Shown here: piece after piece, positions 1 to 7,887 of the stretch
How positions within the stretch are numbered: the stretch's first letter is position 1
How the letters are laid out: each line of letters begins with the position of its first letter
Origin: Rickettsiales bacterium
GTDB taxonomy: Bacteria > Pseudomonadota > Alphaproteobacteria > Rs-D84
Direction: 5' to 3'
DNA: 35,994 nt
Assembly: GCA_031263295.1 (NCBI GenBank)
Contig: JAISGC010000057.1
Coordinates: forward strand, 1 to 35,994
Notes under the pieces: generated by a model
The model's input: only the letters and a program-made list of their open reading frames with translations
What the model was told of the DNA's origin: nothing
Databases searched by the model: none
Position numbers and translations under genes: made by a program

Positions 1-4
1 AGCT

Positions 5-151
5 GGTGTTCCCCTCCTTTGGAGGGGTGGCATTTTGCGAAGACACGAAGTGTCGTAGCAAAATGACGGGGTGGTGTGTCCAACGGGCACAGCTCGTTAT
101 CGCCACCACCCCGCCGCCTTCGGCGGCACCCCTCCAAAGGAGGGGAACACC
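5..151. repeat. REP-like composite palindrome, two inverted CCCCTCC-N-GGAGGGG units (copy 1)
   Basis: GGTGTTCCCCTCCTTTGGAGGGGTG...CACCCCTCCAAAGGAGGGGAACACC terminal inverted repeat; near-identical copy at 31972-32123, half copy at 829-878. Confidence 0.9.
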
Positions 152-195
152 CGTTGGACGGCACGGCCAAGAGAAACAAAAACAGGGAGAAAACT

Positions 196-735
196 ATGAA
201 AAAGTTCAATTATCAAAGTGCAAAGTTCAATGATGGCTTGCGGGAGCGCAGAGGCGCATTCGGCAAGCTATCATTGAACTTTGCAATTTGCACTTTGTTA
301 TTTTGCGGCGACGCAGTCGCCGCAAAGCTTTGCATGCGAAATCCGCCGAACGGCGGGAAGTTCACCAGAAACCCGACCGCGAATATCTGGGCCAACGGGC
401 CCGACTGCATGACCTGGTCGACCGGCGAAAACAGCGTTTCGGCCGAAACCGACCCGATGAAGCTCTGCCCGAATGTCAAAATGCACGGGGAATCGCGTTT
501 CATTTGGTTTTATAATGCAGCCGGGGAAAATCGGCCCGTCGCCGGAGAAAGCGCGAGCACCGAACCGGAGAAAGGCAGTTGCCTCTGCAAGATAAACTAT
601 CCTTTCCAAACGAAGTGGTTTCTGGTCGGACCGGACTATAATAGTTCCAATACCTGCAACCGGTGGTGCGGCAGCCTGTCGGTCCGTCCGAGCGACAGAA
701 ACTTTATAAAATATATCGGATTGGGGTTTGATTGA
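196..735 (+). CDS. secreted Cys-rich hypothetical protein (paralog of 32166-32603)
   Basis: GGGAG SD before ATG 196; signal-like N-terminus; IWANGxxC and CxCKxxYP...W...CxxxC motifs shared with 32166-32603. Confidence 0.8.
   Translation: MKKFNYQSAKFNDGLRERRGAFGKLSLNFAICTLLFCGDAVAAKLCMRNPPNGGKFTRNPTANIWANGPDCMTWSTGENSVSAETDPMKLCPNVKMHGESRFIWFYNAAGENRPVAGESASTEPEKGSCLCKINYPFQTKWFLVGPDYNSSNTCNRWCGSLSVRPSDRNFIKYIGLGFD
201..297. repeat. heptamer-armed hairpin (CAAAGTG/CAAATTG family), in frame inside the signal-peptide region
   Basis: CAAAGTGCAAAGTTCAATGATGGCTTG...CAAGCTATCATTGAACTTTGCAATTTGCACTTTG; homologous to 20305-20397. Confidence 0.85.
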
Positions 736-828
736 GCGGCCGGCGCGCCGCAAAGATAGCGGAGCGCAGGCGAACATCCAATAATCCCGAAGACCAACGG
801 GGCGAAGTTAGACAGAGCCAGCGACAAG

Positions 829-878
829 CACCACCCCGCCGCCCTTCGGGCGGCACCCCTCCAAAGGAGGGGAACACC
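829..878. repeat. half copy of the REP-like palindrome between convergent genes
   Basis: CACCACCCCGCCGCCCTTCGGGCGGCACCCCTCCAAAGGAGGGGAACACC matches the right half of 5-151. Confidence 0.85.
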
Positions 879-894
879 ACGCGTCACGCATCGC

Positions 895-2241
895 CTAGTT
901 TTTAAGGAAGTGTTCCAGCCAGTGGTTGTCGATTTTGTTCGACTGGACATCCGCGGCGTCGAGCAGGCGCAACTGCAATGGCGCAGTCGTTTTCACGCCT
1001 TCTATCATAAACTCGCCCAATGCGCGGCGCGCCCGGCGGATGGCCGACGCGCGGTCGTCCGCGTGCACAATGACCTTGGCAATCATAGAATCATAATAAG
1101 ACGGGATTTTGTATCCAGGATAGCAGGCCGAATCCACCCGGACGCCGTATCCGCCCGACGGGCAGTATTGCGTCAGCGTTCCCGGGTTCGGCATAAATGT
1201 GTCCGGATCCTCCGCGTTGATGCGGAACTCTATCGCGTGGCCCTTGGGTTTCAGGTCTTTTTGCGCGAACGACAGCTTTTCGCCCATCGCTATCCGTATC
1301 TGCTCGCGGACCAAATCGACGCCGTAGACCATTTCGGTCACGGGGTGCTCGACCTGCAATCTGGTGTTCATTTCAAGAAAATAGAACTTGCCCTTCTCGA
1401 ACATAAACTCCAATGTTCCGGCGTTCGTATAGCCGAGTTTTTTCATGGCGGCGCCGCAGACCTTTATCATTTCCGCGCGCTCGTCTTCCGTAATCGCGGC
1501 CGCGGGGCATTCCTCCATAACCTTTTGGTTTTTCCTTTGCAAGGAGCAGTCGCGCTCGCCCACAATCGCGACATTGCCCTTTTCGTCGCCAAGCACCTGG
1601 AACTCTATGTGCCGCGGATGCATCAGCAGCTTTTCCATATAAATAGTGTCGTCGCCGAAGCCGGACCGCGCCTCGGCCTTGACCAGCTGGAACGATTCCG
1701 CGAGGTCGGCCGCCGCAAAGACCGCGCGCATCCCCTTGCCGCCGCCGCCGGCCGCCGCCTTTAACATAACCGGATAGCCGATTTTCTCGGCCCATTTTTC
1801 AGCCGACGCCAAATCCGCGACCGCGCCGTCCGAACCCGGGACGACCGGCAGGCCGCATTCAATCGCCGTTTTCTTCGCCGCGACCTTGTCCCCCATGCGG
1901 GCGACCATATCGGAGGTCGGGCCAATCCATTTCAGGCCGTGCTGCTCGACCTTTTTAATAAAGTCCGCCCGCTCGGAAAGCAGGCCGTATCCGGGATGAA
2001 TCGCGTCGCAATCGGTCAAAAGCGCCGCCGACAATATCGCCGCCTCGTTCAAGTATGAGTCCCGGGCCGCCGCCGGGCCTATGCAGACGGACTCGTCGGC
2101 CAAGGCCGCGTGCCGTGCGTCCGCGTCGGCCGTCGAATAGACCGCGACCGATTGGATGCCCATATCGCGGCAGGCGCGGACTATGCGGAGCGCGATTTCC
2201 CCGCGGTTGGCGATCAATATCTTTTTGATTTTCTTTGGCAT
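895..2241 (-). CDS. accC: acetyl-CoA carboxylase biotin carboxylase subunit
   Basis: KILIANRGEIA, HPGYG, GGGGKGMR, RDCSLQR, EMNTRLQVEHPVTE, YYDSMIAK motifs. Confidence 0.97.
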   Translation of the reverse strand: MPKKIKKILIANRGEIALRIVRACRDMGIQSVAVYSTADADARHAALADESVCIGPAAARDSYLNEAAILSAALLTDCDAIHPGYGLLSERADFIKKVEQHGLKWIGPTSDMVARMGDKVAAKKTAIECGLPVVPGSDGAVADLASAEKWAEKIGYPVMLKAAAGGGGKGMRAVFAAADLAESFQLVKAEARSGFGDDTIYMEKLLMHPRHIEFQVLGDEKGNVAIVGERDCSLQRKNQKVMEECPAAAITEDERAEMIKVCGAAMKKLGYTNAGTLEFMFEKGKFYFLEMNTRLQVEHPVTEMVYGVDLVREQIRIAMGEKLSFAQKDLKPKGHAIEFRINAEDPDTFMPNPGTLTQYCPSGGYGVRVDSACYPGYKIPSYYDSMIAKVIVHADDRASAIRRARRALGEFMIEGVKTTAPLQLRLLDAADVQSNKIDNHWLEHFLKN

Positions 2242-2254
2242 TTTGGACCTTTTT

Positions 2255-2338
2255 AATGAATAAAGAATAATGAATAAAGAATAATATCAGTGTTTTAACG
2301 CGCCATATTTATTCTTTATTCATTGTTCTTTATTCATT
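2255..2338. repeat. heptamer-armed hairpin (AATGAAT/AAAGAAT) at the accB/accC junction
   Basis: AATGAATAAAGAATAATGAATAAAGAATAA...TTATTCTTTATTCATTGTTCTTTATTCATT; overlaps the accB TGA. Confidence 0.9.
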
Positions 2339-2801
2339 TTATAACCATAAGCGCGGTGCCGTATTCGACGGTTTCGCCGTCTTTGACCAGAATCTTGTCC
2401 ACGACGCCGTCCCGGTCCGCCTTTATCGGATTGTATGTTTTCATCGCCTCGACCAGGCACAAGGTGTCGCCCTTGGCGACTTTTCCGCCCGCCGTTACAA
2501 ACGGCTTGCTTTCCGGATCGGGCGCAAGGTAGACCACGCCGACCATGGGCGAGCAAACGCTGCCCGCGGGGGCCGCCGCATCGCACATTCCGCCGGAAAC
2601 GGCCGGATTTTCCGGCATCCGGGGCGCGGGCGCCGAAATGATGCCGGAACCAGTTGCCGCAGTTGCGACACAAATATTTTGTTTTGACAAGTGTATTTTA
2701 CGCGAAATGATGCCGAACAGGACCGATGTTTCGGTGGTGATTTCAGAAAGGCCCGCTTCGTCCATAATTTTGACCGCGGCCACTATTGATTTTTTTGACA
2801 T
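2334..2801 (-). CDS. accB: biotin carboxyl carrier protein
   Basis: SPMVG, EAMKT biotinylation motif, VEYG; start placed at MSKK (AGGGA SD) rather than at the longer ORF start that runs through a repeat. Confidence 0.93.
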   Translation of the reverse strand: MSKKSIVAAVKIMDEAGLSEITTETSVLFGIISRKIHLSKQNICVATAATGSGIISAPAPRMPENPAVSGGMCDAAAPAGSVCSPMVGVVYLAPDPESKPFVTAGGKVAKGDTLCLVEAMKTYNPIKADRDGVVDKILVKDGETVEYGTALMVIK

Positions 2802-2827
2802 AAGTTCCCTTTTTAACTGCGGGACCG

Positions 2828-2855
2828 ATTGTAGCAGATTTTTGGGGTTAGTCAA
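2828..2855 (-). promoter_or_regulatory. sigma70-like promoter for accBC
   Basis: minus strand TTGACT-16 nt-TACAAT with TG extended -10. Confidence 0.55.
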
Positions 2856-2857
2856 AT

Positions 2858-2955
2858 AGTTGGGGTTTGAGTTCGAGTTTGTGTGTAACATGCGTTGTCG
2901 ATTAAAGACAAACGCCATCGCAAGTTTCACTCAAACTCGAACTCAAACTCCAACT
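2858..2955. repeat. hexamer-armed hairpin (GAGTTT/GAGTTC)
   Basis: AGTTGGGGTTTGAGTTCGAGTTTGTGTG...CACTCAAACTCGAACTCAAACTCCAACT; begins in the DUF721 stop codon. Confidence 0.9.
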
Positions 2956-3251
2956 TACCTTACGACCACCTTCCCAATCGCCCCATACCCGAAGTATTTG
3001 TTGATTTTTTCGGCGATTTCCGGGGCGGAATACGAGATTTCCAGCCGCCGGGCCGGGTTTTTCGCCCGTATCGTCGCGGTTCGGTCCTTGACGCCGCGGG
3101 TTATTCTGACCAGTTCGGTATCCGGACCGACCAGCTCCGGCCAGCGCGCCGCAAGGTCGGCGTCGGACGCCTTGGCGCCGAGGCGGGACAAGAGCTTGTT
3201 TATCGCAGAGCCTATGAAAGCCGGGCGCGTGTCCCTTTTAATTGCCACCAT
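2955..3251 (-). CDS. DUF721/DciA-like small protein
   Basis: L..RWPELVG, LEISY...EIAEKINKYFGYGAI pattern; GGAG SD before ATG 3251. Confidence 0.75.
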   Translation of the reverse strand: MVAIKRDTRPAFIGSAINKLLSRLGAKASDADLAARWPELVGPDTELVRITRGVKDRTATIRAKNPARRLEISYSAPEIAEKINKYFGYGAIGKVVVR

Positions 3252-3765
3252 TGTATGTCTCCGAAAACTCGCAGCCGCAGTATTTTTGGCGGTAGCCGCC
3301 CGGTTCCGGCGCATAGCCGAAGTCCGCATCGATATATTCTATGTCCGAATCCGGGCCGAGGGCCGCGCGGGCCGCCCTGCGCACCTGGGCCGCGTCTTTA
3401 TGCGGGGAGACGCCGAAGACGCTGGCAATGCGTCCGCATCCGTTCGCGCGCGCCCAGTCCGCGCCGTATCGAAGCCGCATCGCGAAGCATTTTTCGCACC
3501 GCGCGCCGCGCTCGGGGTCTTTCTCGTGTCCGCGGACCGCCCGCAGCCAGGCCGCGTGGTCGTAACGGCTTGTCGCCCACCGGACTCCGAGCTTGTCGCA
3601 AAGCTTTATCTGCTCGTCCAGGCGCCGGTCGTATTCGGCGCGCGGGAAAATGTTCGGATTGTAAAACAGCACGCAGAAATCCGCGCCGTCCTTTTTGAGG
3701 CGCTTTACCGCCGCCGCAGAGCAGGGCGCGCAGCAGGACATCAAAAGGAGCTTGGAACTTTTCAT
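3238..3765 (-). CDS. queH: epoxyqueuosine reductase QueH (DUF208)
   Basis: LLLxSCCAPCS, FYNPNI, PERGARCEKC, YRQKYCGCEFS. Confidence 0.9.
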   Translation of the reverse strand: MKSSKLLLMSCCAPCSAAAVKRLKKDGADFCVLFYNPNIFPRAEYDRRLDEQIKLCDKLGVRWATSRYDHAAWLRAVRGHEKDPERGARCEKCFAMRLRYGADWARANGCGRIASVFGVSPHKDAAQVRRAARAALGPDSDIEYIDADFGYAPEPGGYRQKYCGCEFSETYNGGN

Positions 3766-3768
3766 ATA

Positions 3769-3864
3769 TTTTAATGACTAATGACTAATAACTAATGTCT
3801 AATTACTAATAAAATGCCGCCGATTAGACACTAGTAATTAGTCATTAGTTATTAGTCATTAAAA
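3769..3864. repeat. heptamer-armed hairpin (AATGACT) between tRNA-Cys and queH
   Basis: TTTTAATGACTAATGACTAATAACTAATGTCTAATTACTA...TAGTAATTAGTCATTAGTTATTAGTCATTAAAA. Confidence 0.9.
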
Positions 3865-3869
3865 ACATT

Positions 3870-3943
3870 TGGAGGCCTGAGTCGGACTCGAACCGGCATA
3901 AACGGATTTGCAGTCCGGTGCATAACCCTTCTGCCATCAGGCC
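3870..3943 (-). tRNA. tRNA-Cys (GCA)
   Basis: minus strand GGCCTGATGGCAGAAGGG...CTGCAAA...GGTTCGAGTCC...TCAGGCCTCCA; 74-nt cloverleaf, U discriminator, encoded CCA. Confidence 0.95.
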
Positions 3944-3956
3944 TCGGCGGGGCCAA

Positions 3957-4586
3957 TCATACAACGGCCGCCGCGTTTTTGCAAGGGCATATCTTGGCGA
4001 CGGGACAATCGTCGCACTTTGGGCGCAGCGCCTTGCAGATATAGCGCCCGTGCATAACCATCAGGTGGTTCGCCAGATCGTGAAATCGCGGCGGGATGAT
4101 TTCGACCAGGCGGCGCTCGACCTTTTCGGGCGTGTTGTCCGCGGCGCCCGCCCAGCCGAAGCGGTGCGACAGGCGGAAAACATGCGTGTCTACGCCGATA
4201 TTCGGCGCGCCCCATAAAATGTTCGACACGACATTCGCGGTCTTGCGCCCTATGCCGGGCAATTTCACCAGTTCGTCGCGCTCATGGGGCAGGGCGCGGC
4301 CAAGCAGTTTTTCCGACAGCGCGATGATATTTTTCGCCTTGTTGTTAAAGAAAGAAATAGACTTGATAAAATCCTTTAATCCTTGCAAACCAAGGGTCAG
4401 AAACTTTTCGGGCGTATCGGCCGCGGCGAATAATGCGGGCGTGCAGGTGTTCACATGCTTGTCCGTCGCCTGGGCCGAAAGAATAACCGCAATCGCGAGC
4501 GTGAACTCGTTGGTGTAGTAAAGTTCGGTCCGCGCGTCAGAGCCGAACTTTTTCTTCATTGCGTTGAAATATTTTGTCGGATTCAT
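3957..4586 (-). CDS. nth: endonuclease III
   Basis: LSAQATD, HhH LPGIGRKTANVV, VDTHVFR, CxxxxPxCxxCPxxxxC 4Fe-4S motif; start at MNPTKY. Confidence 0.95.
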   Translation of the reverse strand: MNPTKYFNAMKKKFGSDARTELYYTNEFTLAIAVILSAQATDKHVNTCTPALFAAADTPEKFLTLGLQGLKDFIKSISFFNNKAKNIIALSEKLLGRALPHERDELVKLPGIGRKTANVVSNILWGAPNIGVDTHVFRLSHRFGWAGAADNTPEKVERRLVEIIPPRFHDLANHLMVMHGRYICKALRPKCDDCPVAKICPCKNAAAVV

Positions 4587-4660
4587 TTTTCCACTACCCC
4601 GTCTGCTCGCTCCGCTCGCAGCCACCCCTTCGCCAGCGAAGGGGAATTGCGCTCTGGAAT
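4587..4660. repeat. REP-like palindrome family 2 (copy 1)
   Basis: TTTTCCACTACCCCGT...TTCGCCAGCGAAGGGGAATTGCGCTCTGGAAT; repeated at 32995-33071. Confidence 0.85.
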
Positions 4661-7600
4661 CTATATTTTTGTTATTCCAATTTCAAGCTTGTGGCCCTCG
4701 ATTTCCACACTAAACTGCGACGCGGGTTCGTAGGCTATCTCCGTCGCCAAGGCGTCCGCCGCGACCCGTGCTTCGTGAGCGCGGATCGCATCGACAATCG
4801 GCGCATCGCCAGAAACCGACAACTTTATCCTGTCCGAGACATCGAGATCCGCGGTTTTCCGCGAATCTTGGATAAAGCGCAACGCGTCGTTGGCGAGACC
4901 CTCGGCCGCCAATTCCGGCGTTATTTCGGTGTCCAAAACCACGACCGCCGTATTGTCTGGCAAGGCCGCGCCCGCTATGCCGTCCCGAACCCGAAGGCGG
5001 GTTTCGTATTCTTCGGGCAACAGGCCGAAGGCCGCCGGGTCGAAGTCTGGCCTTTTCGACGCGGCGATTATTTCTTTAAGTTTGCCGCCCAGCCGCGCGC
5101 CGATTTTCGGCGTCAAAAGGTAGACGAACTTTTCGGCGACCGCATCGGCATTCTCGCTGTGCCGGATTTCTTTTACATTCAGTTCGGAGGCGATTATCGA
5201 ATCAAACGCCGCATCAGCCGAGCCCGCGATTTCCAAGGACCGGAGCGGAAGCCGATTGCGCAGTCCGTGCTTTTCGCGCAGCTGTTTTCCAAGCGCTATG
5301 ACCGCGCGCGCGCGGTCCATTTTGTCTTCAAGCCCTCTGTCCTGCGGAAGCTTCGACACATCCGGCCAGTCTTCGAGATGCACGGACTCGCGGCCGGTCA
5401 AGGCCCTGAATATAAAATCCGCCGCCATCGGGAGATAGGGCGCCAAGGCCCTGCAAAGCGTCGTCAGAATCGTCCACAAGGTATCGAACGCGGCCGCATC
5501 CTTGCCGTCCCAGAATCTCGCGCGCGAGCGGCGGACATACCAGTTGTTGAGGATTTCCATAAAGTCTGCAAAAAGCGGTGCCGCGTCGTTTATCCGGTTC
5601 GCGTCCAAAAGCGCGGCCGCGCGCCCGACAAGGGTGCGCAGCTTCGACAGGATATAGCGGTCGAGAATATCGCCGCCATCCGCGGTTTGTTTGGCCTTGA
5701 CCGATTCCGCGTTGGCGTAAAGCGTGAAGAAATAAAACGCGTTCCAAAGCGGCGTCAGAACCTGGCCCGCGGCCTTGGATATATCCGCGCCGTCTTTCGA
5801 TATGGAAAGGTTGCCGCCGGATAAAATCGGCGAACTCATCAGGAACCAGCGCAGGCTGTCCGAGCCGAGGGTTTCGATAATTTCCATCGGGTCTGGGTAA
5901 TTCCTCTTGGATTTCGATAATTTCTTGCCCTCGGAATCCACGACCACTCCGTGGCAGACCGCCGACTTGAACGGAACATTGTCGAAAAGCGCGGTCGACA
6001 ATATCATCATATTATAGAACCAGCCGCGCGTTTGGGCTATGTATTCGACGATAAAATCCGACGGGAAATGATTGTCGAACCAGTCTTTGTTCTCGAACGG
6101 ATAATGCGCCGCCGCAAAGGGCATCGCGCCGCTCTCGAACCAGCAGTCCAGGACCTCCGGTATGCGGCGCATCGTCGATTTTCCGGTCGGATCGTCGGGA
6201 TTCGGACGCGTGAGGGCGTCTATCGCGGGCCGGTGAAAATCGGTAATTTCGACGCCGAAATCCCGCTCCAATTCCGCAACCGAGCCGTAGACATCGACGC
6301 GCGGATAGTTTGCATCGTCGGATTTCCAGACCGGTATCGGCGCGCCCCAAAAGCGCGACCGCGAAATCGCCCAGGGCCGCGCGCCTTCAAGCCATTTGCC
6401 CATTTGCCCGTCGCGGATGTGGCCCGGAATCCAGTCTATCTTTTGATTCAATTCGACCATTCGTCCTCGGATTTTCGGAACATCCACATACCAGCTGTTC
6501 AGCGGCATATTGATAAGCGGAACGCCCGTGCGCCAGCAATGCGGATACATATGCCTGTAAAGTTCCTTCTTTATCAAAACCCCGGCTTTTTTAAGATCTT
6601 CCACAATCGGAGCGATTGCGTCGAACACAAGCATTCCCGCGTATGGCCCGACCTGTTTCGTAAAGCGGCCCTTGCCGTCGACCGGCGCGCGCCAACTGAT
6701 TCCCCACTTGTCCATAACCGCAAGGTCTTCCTCGCCGAACGGCGCAATATGCACGATGCCCGTTCCGTCCTCGGTCGTTATGTAATCGGCCGAGACGACC
6801 CTGAACGCGCCCGGAGTATCCGGGAAGAAAGGAAACAGAGGCCGGTAAGTTTTTCCGACCAGTTCAGACCCCTTTATATTGCGGACGAATGCAGCATTCG
6901 CAAGCTGCTGCTTATATCGTTCGCGAGCCGCATCGCCGATTATATAAAGGCGGCCGTCCTCCTCCATAACCGCGTATTCTATGTCTTGCCCCACGCAAAG
7001 CGCGAAGTTCGACACCAATGTCCAGGGCGTGGTCGTCCAGGCCAGGATGCTCGCGGGCTTGCCGTCGATTTTATCGTCCAGCGCGAATGCGATTGTGACG
7101 GCCGTGTCGTCGCGCTCGCGATAGCAGTCGTCCTGGCGCGTTTCGGAATTGGATACTGTCGATTCCGCCCCGTATGAATACCATATCGAATAGGTTCCCT
7201 CGTAAATAAGGCCCTTGTCGTAAAGCTGCTTGAAGGCCCAAATCACGCTTTCGGTGTATTTCGCGTCCATCGTGCTGTAAGTCTTATCGAACTCTATCCA
7301 GCGCCCCATTCGCGTCAATATCTTCTCCCATTCCGAAACATACATTTGGACCCGGGTCCGGCAGACGGCGTTAAAGTCCTTTATGCCGAACTTTTCGATT
7401 TCGTTCTTGCCCGATATTTTAAGGTATTTCTCGGCGTCCAATTCCGCGGGCAGGCCGTGGCAGTCCCAGCCGATATTGCGCGGGACAAGCTTGCCGCGCA
7501 TAGTCTCGTATCGCGGTTTCAAGTCTTTTACATACGATGTCAAAATATGGCCGTAGTGCGGCAGTCCGTTTCCGAACGCGGGTCCGTCGTAGAAGACATA

Positions 7601-7729
7601 TTCCGGCGCGCCCGAGCGTCGTTCCAACGATTTCTTGAAGATGTTTTCTGTCTCCCAGAACGCCAGCATTTCGCGCTCCAACTTCGGAAAGTCCGGCTTT
7701 GCGGGGACATCTGGATAATATTTTGCCAT
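4661..7729 (-). CDS. ileS: isoleucyl-tRNA synthetase, type 2 (eukaryote-like)
   Basis: GLPHYGH (HIGH), GWDCHGLP, WTTTPWTL, WAISRSRFWG, QTRGWFY, KLSKS; type-2 C-terminus without Zn finger; start at MAKYYP. Confidence 0.96.
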   Translation of the reverse strand: MAKYYPDVPAKPDFPKLEREMLAFWETENIFKKSLERRSGAPEYVFYDGPAFGNGLPHYGHILTSYVKDLKPRYETMRGKLVPRNIGWDCHGLPAELDAEKYLKISGKNEIEKFGIKDFNAVCRTRVQMYVSEWEKILTRMGRWIEFDKTYSTMDAKYTESVIWAFKQLYDKGLIYEGTYSIWYSYGAESTVSNSETRQDDCYRERDDTAVTIAFALDDKIDGKPASILAWTTTPWTLVSNFALCVGQDIEYAVMEEDGRLYIIGDAARERYKQQLANAAFVRNIKGSELVGKTYRPLFPFFPDTPGAFRVVSADYITTEDGTGIVHIAPFGEEDLAVMDKWGISWRAPVDGKGRFTKQVGPYAGMLVFDAIAPIVEDLKKAGVLIKKELYRHMYPHCWRTGVPLINMPLNSWYVDVPKIRGRMVELNQKIDWIPGHIRDGQMGKWLEGARPWAISRSRFWGAPIPVWKSDDANYPRVDVYGSVAELERDFGVEITDFHRPAIDALTRPNPDDPTGKSTMRRIPEVLDCWFESGAMPFAAAHYPFENKDWFDNHFPSDFIVEYIAQTRGWFYNMMILSTALFDNVPFKSAVCHGVVVDSEGKKLSKSKRNYPDPMEIIETLGSDSLRWFLMSSPILSGGNLSISKDGADISKAAGQVLTPLWNAFYFFTLYANAESVKAKQTADGGDILDRYILSKLRTLVGRAAALLDANRINDAAPLFADFMEILNNWYVRRSRARFWDGKDAAAFDTLWTILTTLCRALAPYLPMAADFIFRALTGRESVHLEDWPDVSKLPQDRGLEDKMDRARAVIALGKQLREKHGLRNRLPLRSLEIAGSADAAFDSIIASELNVKEIRHSENADAVAEKFVYLLTPKIGARLGGKLKEIIAASKRPDFDPAAFGLLPEEYETRLRVRDGIAGAALPDNTAVVVLDTEITPELAAEGLANDALRFIQDSRKTADLDVSDRIKLSVSGDAPIVDAIRAHEARVAADALATEIAYEPASQFSVEIEGHKLEIGITKI

Positions 7730-7746
7730 AATTTTCTGCCTTTTAT

Positions 7747-7769
7747 AAAAAACGGGCGCCCATGCGCCC
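7747..7769 (-). terminator. attenuator terminator hairpin upstream of ileS
   Basis: minus strand GGGCGC-ATGG-GCGCCC-G-TTTTTT, 17 nt before the ileS ATG. Confidence 0.7.
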
Positions 7770-7795
7770 CGGACCACGCCAAAGCGCCGCGCCGT

Positions 7796-7828
7796 TTATT
7801 CGATAATGATTATCTCTTTGTTAAACAT
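7796..7828 (-). CDS. ileS leader peptide MFNKEIIIIE (4 tandem Ile codons)
   Basis: ATG TTT AAC AAA GAG ATA ATC ATT ATC GAA TAA; TATAAT 6 nt upstream; followed by terminator and ileS. Confidence 0.8.
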   Translation of the reverse strand: MFNKEIIIIE

Positions 7829-7887
7829 GCGCCGATTATAGAACAACTTTTGATGGATTTCCAGTTTTTTTATTATAGAATTATCGG

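Noticed and set aside
2802-2930. N-terminal extensions in the ORF track (accB, dnaG, nth, ileS, ORF 76-735, ftsA from 28526)
   Set aside because: They run through repeats or leaders (e.g. NSNSNPN, STQTQTRTQ) and better starts with SD or family-typical N-termini lie downstream
3870-3943. tRNA-Cys as pseudogene or integration site
   Set aside because: Single mismatches in the T and anticodon stems are tolerable; no duplicated 3' end or integrase in the window (same for tRNA-fMet)
7730-7870. T-box riboswitch for ileS
   Set aside because: No T-box consensus or stem I, and the leader is too short; the Ile-rich uORF explains the region better
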